The notes under the pieces: model-generated
The model's database searches: none
Seen by the model: the letters and a program-made list of their open reading frames with translations, nothing else
Told to the model about the DNA's origin: nothing
Source of the DNA: Bdellovibrionota bacterium
Lineage (GTDB): Bacteria; Bdellovibrionota_C; UBA2361; OMIW01
DNA: 10,646 nucleotides
Reading direction: 5' to 3'
Assembly (NCBI GenBank): GCA_044345055.1
Contig: JBIJBT010000086.1
Span: 1-10,646 of the forward strand
Part shown: positions 7,680 through 10,646 of the stretch, piece by piece
Layout: every line of letters starts with the position of its first letter
Position numbering within the stretch: the first letter of the stretch is position 1
Made by a program: the position numbers and the translations under genes

Positions 7680-7713
7680 CCTCTTGACCAATACTAGTCC
7701 AAGAGGCTATCCA
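7680..7713. promoter_or_regulatory. Dyad (candidate operator) overlapping a possible -35 in the divergent intergenic region
   Basis: CCTCTTG (7680-7686) / CAAGAGG (7700-7706) with inner AC/GT. TTGACC at 7684-7689 and a weak TATCCA at 7708-7713. Confidence 0.4.
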
Positions 7714-7753
7714 ACCCGAGCAACTATCATCAAACGCCCCCTACGGAGCCATC

Positions 7754-8899
7754 ATGACAAATCCCTTCTACCCCGAACACGCCCTGTTTATCGAATCGGT
7801 GCGGCGGATGATGGCGAGCGATCTCGCGCCTCACCTCCGAGAGTGGGAAGACGCCGGATACTTTCCTGATTCAGTATTTACCCAGCTCGGCGCGCAGGGG
7901 TACCTCGGCATGGTTATCGACGAGGCGTACGGCGGCATCGGCGGCGACCTTCGGCTCGCGGCAGCGTGGTGCGAAACGCTCGGCGAACTGTGCGATCTTG
8001 GGCTCGTAACAGCGGTAAATATGCACGCCCTCGTTATTTCAGCCGCAATAAACCGATATGGCACCGTAAGCCAAAAAGAACAGTGGCTCCCAAGAGCCGT
8101 TACTGGAGAAGCGATAGGAGCCTACGCCTTCACCGAACCGGGCGCAGGAAGCGATCTTGCGAGCCTCCGCACAAAAGCGATTAAGGTCGATGGTGGATGG
8201 CAGCTCGACGGTTCGAAGACCTTTATTACCAACGGAGCTCGCGCCGATTTCATACTCGTTCTAGCCCGCACCGACCCCACCGCCGGCTACCATGGCTTCA
8301 CCACATTTATTGTCGATACAACTCTTCCCGGTTTTTCTGTCACACGCACCCTCGACAAACTCGGATGGCGTTCCTCTGATACCGCCGAGTTGAGCTTCAG
8401 CGGCCTCATCGTTCCGGACGACGCCGTGCTAGGCACCGTCGGCCAGGGGTGGATTCAGGCCTCGAACAATCTCAACTGGGAGCGACTAATGCTCACTCTC
8501 ACTACCCTCGGCGGCATGCGCGCCTGTCTCCGCGACACCACCCGCTACGCCCACCAGCGGTCAACCTTCGGCCGCCCCATAGCAACCCACCGAGGCGTTG
8601 AGGAGCTCCTAATCGAGATGAACCGCCGCCTCATCCTAGCCGAAGCCCTAACCCACCACGCCCTAACCCTTTTCCTAACCGCTACCCCCTGCCGCGCCGA
8701 GGTAAGTCAAGCCAAACGAAAAGTGTGCGACGACGCCGTATGGCTAGCAGATCGAGCCCTCCAAATTCACGGCGGCTACGGCTACACCACAGAGTTCTCC
8801 CCCGAAAAGTGGTGGCGAGAGTTAAGGCTAATGCCAATAGGCGGTGGAACTTCAGAGGTGATGGGGTTGATAGTTAGGAAGGAGCTGGGGTTGGGGTGA
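7754..8899 (+). CDS. Acyl-CoA dehydrogenase (LCAD/IVD-type catalytic Glu position)
   Basis: YGGIG, QKEQWLP, AFTEPGAGSDL, LDGSKTFITNG, KLGWRSSDTAELSF, WERL, RSTFGRPI, LQIHGGYGY, IGGGTSE. SD GGAG upstream. Confidence 0.96.
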   Translation: MTNPFYPEHALFIESVRRMMASDLAPHLREWEDAGYFPDSVFTQLGAQGYLGMVIDEAYGGIGGDLRLAAAWCETLGELCDLGLVTAVNMHALVISAAINRYGTVSQKEQWLPRAVTGEAIGAYAFTEPGAGSDLASLRTKAIKVDGGWQLDGSKTFITNGARADFILVLARTDPTAGYHGFTTFIVDTTLPGFSVTRTLDKLGWRSSDTAELSFSGLIVPDDAVLGTVGQGWIQASNNLNWERLMLTLTTLGGMRACLRDTTRYAHQRSTFGRPIATHRGVEELLIEMNRRLILAEALTHHALTLFLTATPCRAEVSQAKRKVCDDAVWLADRALQIHGGYGYTTEFSPEKWWRELRLMPIGGGTSEVMGLIVRKELGLG

Positions 8900-8925
8900 G
8901 GGTGAGGGGATTTTTTGGGGTGGGG
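8887..8925 (+). other. G-quadruplex-forming motif spanning the ACAD stop codon
   Basis: GGGG-TT-GGGG-TGA-GGG-TGA-GGGG-ATTTTTT-GGGG-T-GGGG: six G-tracts of 3 or more with loops of 7 nt or fewer. Confidence 0.55.
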
Positions 8926-9036
8926 AGAGAGGAAGGTTAATTTCGGTTTTTTGGGGGAGTTAGGATATTTTTTTTGAGGTTGGAGGTATAACCTTGAAAG
9001 AAGTGTTTTGGTGAGATTTTTTTGGGGGATTATGGG

Positions 9037-10080
9037 ATGAGTGCAATTGCTCCAGCGACGACACAAGATGCCGGTAAGCCGACTGCGAAAGGAGGTCCCG
9101 CAAATGAAATCCCTCCCTTCCGTCTTAACAACAGAAACCAAGACGAAGATCGACAGCAATTAGGGATAACAGACGGTCTATTAAAACAGCTGAAGGCCTT
9201 GGTTTCCCCTGAGGCATTCAAGCTAATTGAAAAGAAATATCGAGATGGAGCCGCGACCTCGGCGCAGTTAGACGGAAAAATAGTAGAGGCAGATGTACGA
9301 TTCCTCGTTAGTACCTTCCAAAAATTAGGTAGGGAGTTGGGAGGAGATGCAATTAATCAGATCGATCGTGTATTTTCTCGCGGTGGAGTTGCTTCGGTTC
9401 GGAAGGCTCTTGCTGATGGCTCTCTAACTGATCTTTATGCTTACGCACCTATTTCAATTGAACGTGCACAGCTACTTTTTCTTTCTTTCGCAGGGGACCA
9501 AGATGCAGCTCGTCGTCTGCAAGAGTTAAATGCAAACACTTATGAAGAAGATCGGGAAGTCACGGGAGATGCGTTCGGGTCGGGACTAATTACGGGACCA
9601 ACAAGCCGAAATGGTGGTTCGGCTGAGTACCACATTGACACGAAGTTTAGACGTGATTTGCCAATGGCTACCAAAATTAGAATTATGGACTCCTTGGCAT
9701 TGGGTTATGCTCAACGAGGGCGCAAGATAGAGTTCAGCAATACGGCCGTTGCAGGACAGGTCTGGAACCCGGATGCCTCCCCAGAAGAAAAAGCGAATTT
9801 GCTAAAAAGGGCCGAAGCGGCCCATAGTCACAGCACCTATTCAACTTGGGTTTCTATAGACTACTACATCCCCAAGATAGGAGAGAATAGATTTGGCAAG
9901 TCCTCAGAAAAAGCGGAAATATTACTGCCAAAGCTTAAAGGGTCCCTTGTAGAATACGGCTCAGGCGGTGGCTACGGAGCCTATGCCAACATGGTGGATA
10001 GAGCGACAGGCATGGTAATAATGAAAACCGGCCATGGAGATAGTGGTGTTCCATTGCCGCGTAACGTAGAAATTACATGA
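9037..10080 (+). CDS. Hypothetical protein (about 347 aa): helical N-terminus, C-terminal domain with M23-peptidase-like motifs
   Basis: Long open frame from ATG 9037 with GGGGG upstream. C-terminal motifs GLITG...YHID, HSH...IDYYIP, GGGYG and TGHGD. Confidence 0.8.
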   Translation: MSAIAPATTQDAGKPTAKGGPANEIPPFRLNNRNQDEDRQQLGITDGLLKQLKALVSPEAFKLIEKKYRDGAATSAQLDGKIVEADVRFLVSTFQKLGRELGGDAINQIDRVFSRGGVASVRKALADGSLTDLYAYAPISIERAQLLFLSFAGDQDAARRLQELNANTYEEDREVTGDAFGSGLITGPTSRNGGSAEYHIDTKFRRDLPMATKIRIMDSLALGYAQRGRKIEFSNTAVAGQVWNPDASPEEKANLLKRAEAAHSHSTYSTWVSIDYYIPKIGENRFGKSSEKAEILLPKLKGSLVEYGSGGGYGAYANMVDRATGMVIMKTGHGDSGVPLPRNVEIT

Positions 10081-10237
10081 TGTTAGGTGAGGCTATTCGG
10101 ACCAGTCTTAAGAAATTTGGCGGTTCGGATAGCTTCTCAAATCTCCCATACCCCGCATAACCACAGACCAGTCCGAATAACCATATTCTTCAAGCCAAAC
10201 ACCTACACCAACACCAACGCAACACCCCCCAAAACTC

Positions 10238-10266
10238 TTGCAATCCCCCCAAATAATCGGTAGCTT
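10238..10266 (+). promoter_or_regulatory. Sigma70-type promoter for tRNA-Pro
   Basis: TTGCAA (10238-10243), 17-nt spacer, TAGCTT (10261-10266), 15 nt upstream of the tRNA. Confidence 0.7.
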
Positions 10267-10281
10267 CACGAATTGGGGGAA

Positions 10282-10355
10282 CGGGGTGTAGCTCAGTCTG
10301 GTAGAGTGCACGGTTCGGGACCGTGAGGCCGGAGGTTCAAATCCTCTCACCCCGA
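10282..10355 (+). tRNA. tRNA-Pro (anticodon CGG), CCA not encoded
   Basis: Acceptor stem CGGGGTG/CACCCCG plus discriminator A; D-arm GCTC-AGTCTGGTA-GAGT; anticodon arm CACGG-TTCGGGA-CCGTG; T-arm GGAGG-TTCAAAT-CCTCT. Followed by TTT. Confidence 0.98.
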
Positions 10356-10371
10356 TTTTGCTCCTGTTACC

Positions 10372-10390
10372 TGCACCTTGAAAAGGTGCA
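10372..10390. terminator. Hairpin downstream of the tRNA (terminator or processing stem)
   Basis: Perfect 8-bp stem TGCACCTT-GAA-AAGGTGCA with no U-tract after it. Confidence 0.45.
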
Positions 10391-10532
10391 TGATGGTTAG
10401 GACGGCGATTAGAGGCTCTCCAATTCGTCTGTAAAGGGCGTGCAGAATAAGATAAAGCCCTATTCAGAAATCGTCTTTTTTACGAAGCTTCCTCTATCGA
10501 GGATCTCCAGCTGATTTGATATTTTTTTTTAG

Positions 10533-10646
<114 letters not shown>

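Noticed and set aside
8646..8680. Telomere-like CCCTAA repeats
   Set aside because: They arise from Ala-Leu-Thr codons within the ACAD under local C-rich bias and are not tandem.
10196..10230. ACACCA-like microsatellite
   Set aside because: Only a few degenerate units, explained by local C/A skew.
218..10350. Short alternative ORFs in the track (e.g. 218-514, 2195-2611, 2841-3296, 6500-6997, 8782-9159, 10108-10350)
   Set aside because: They are antisense or off-frame shadows of well-supported genes or the tRNA, with no recognisable motifs.
10353..10358. Missing CCA as a sign of a tRNA pseudogene
   Set aside because: Many bacteria add CCA post-transcriptionally; the cloverleaf and promoter are intact.

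Overview
Bacterial chromosomal window, mostly housekeeping genes with three orphan ORFs. Minus strand: cyclophilin PPIase, pheS, then the 5' part of pheT running off the left edge; also a DUF59/SufT-like gene, a short acyl-CoA dehydrogenase, a secreted hypothetical and rmuC. Plus strand: an orphan ORF (2950-3768), a full-length acyl-CoA dehydrogenase, an orphan with a possibly circularly permuted M23-like C-terminal domain, tRNA-Pro(CGG) and the start of galE. The most striking observation is the PheRS pair. PheS is intact but substituted at many normally near-invariant active-site positions (FPF->YPY, HQxEG->HQFDL, WxE->WVT, GxER->GTGR). PheT lacks the B2 OB-fold. Structured, repeat-containing spacers precede both genes. 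The two plus-strand orphans share G-rich upstream motifs. All family assignments come from motif recognition by eye; no searches were run.
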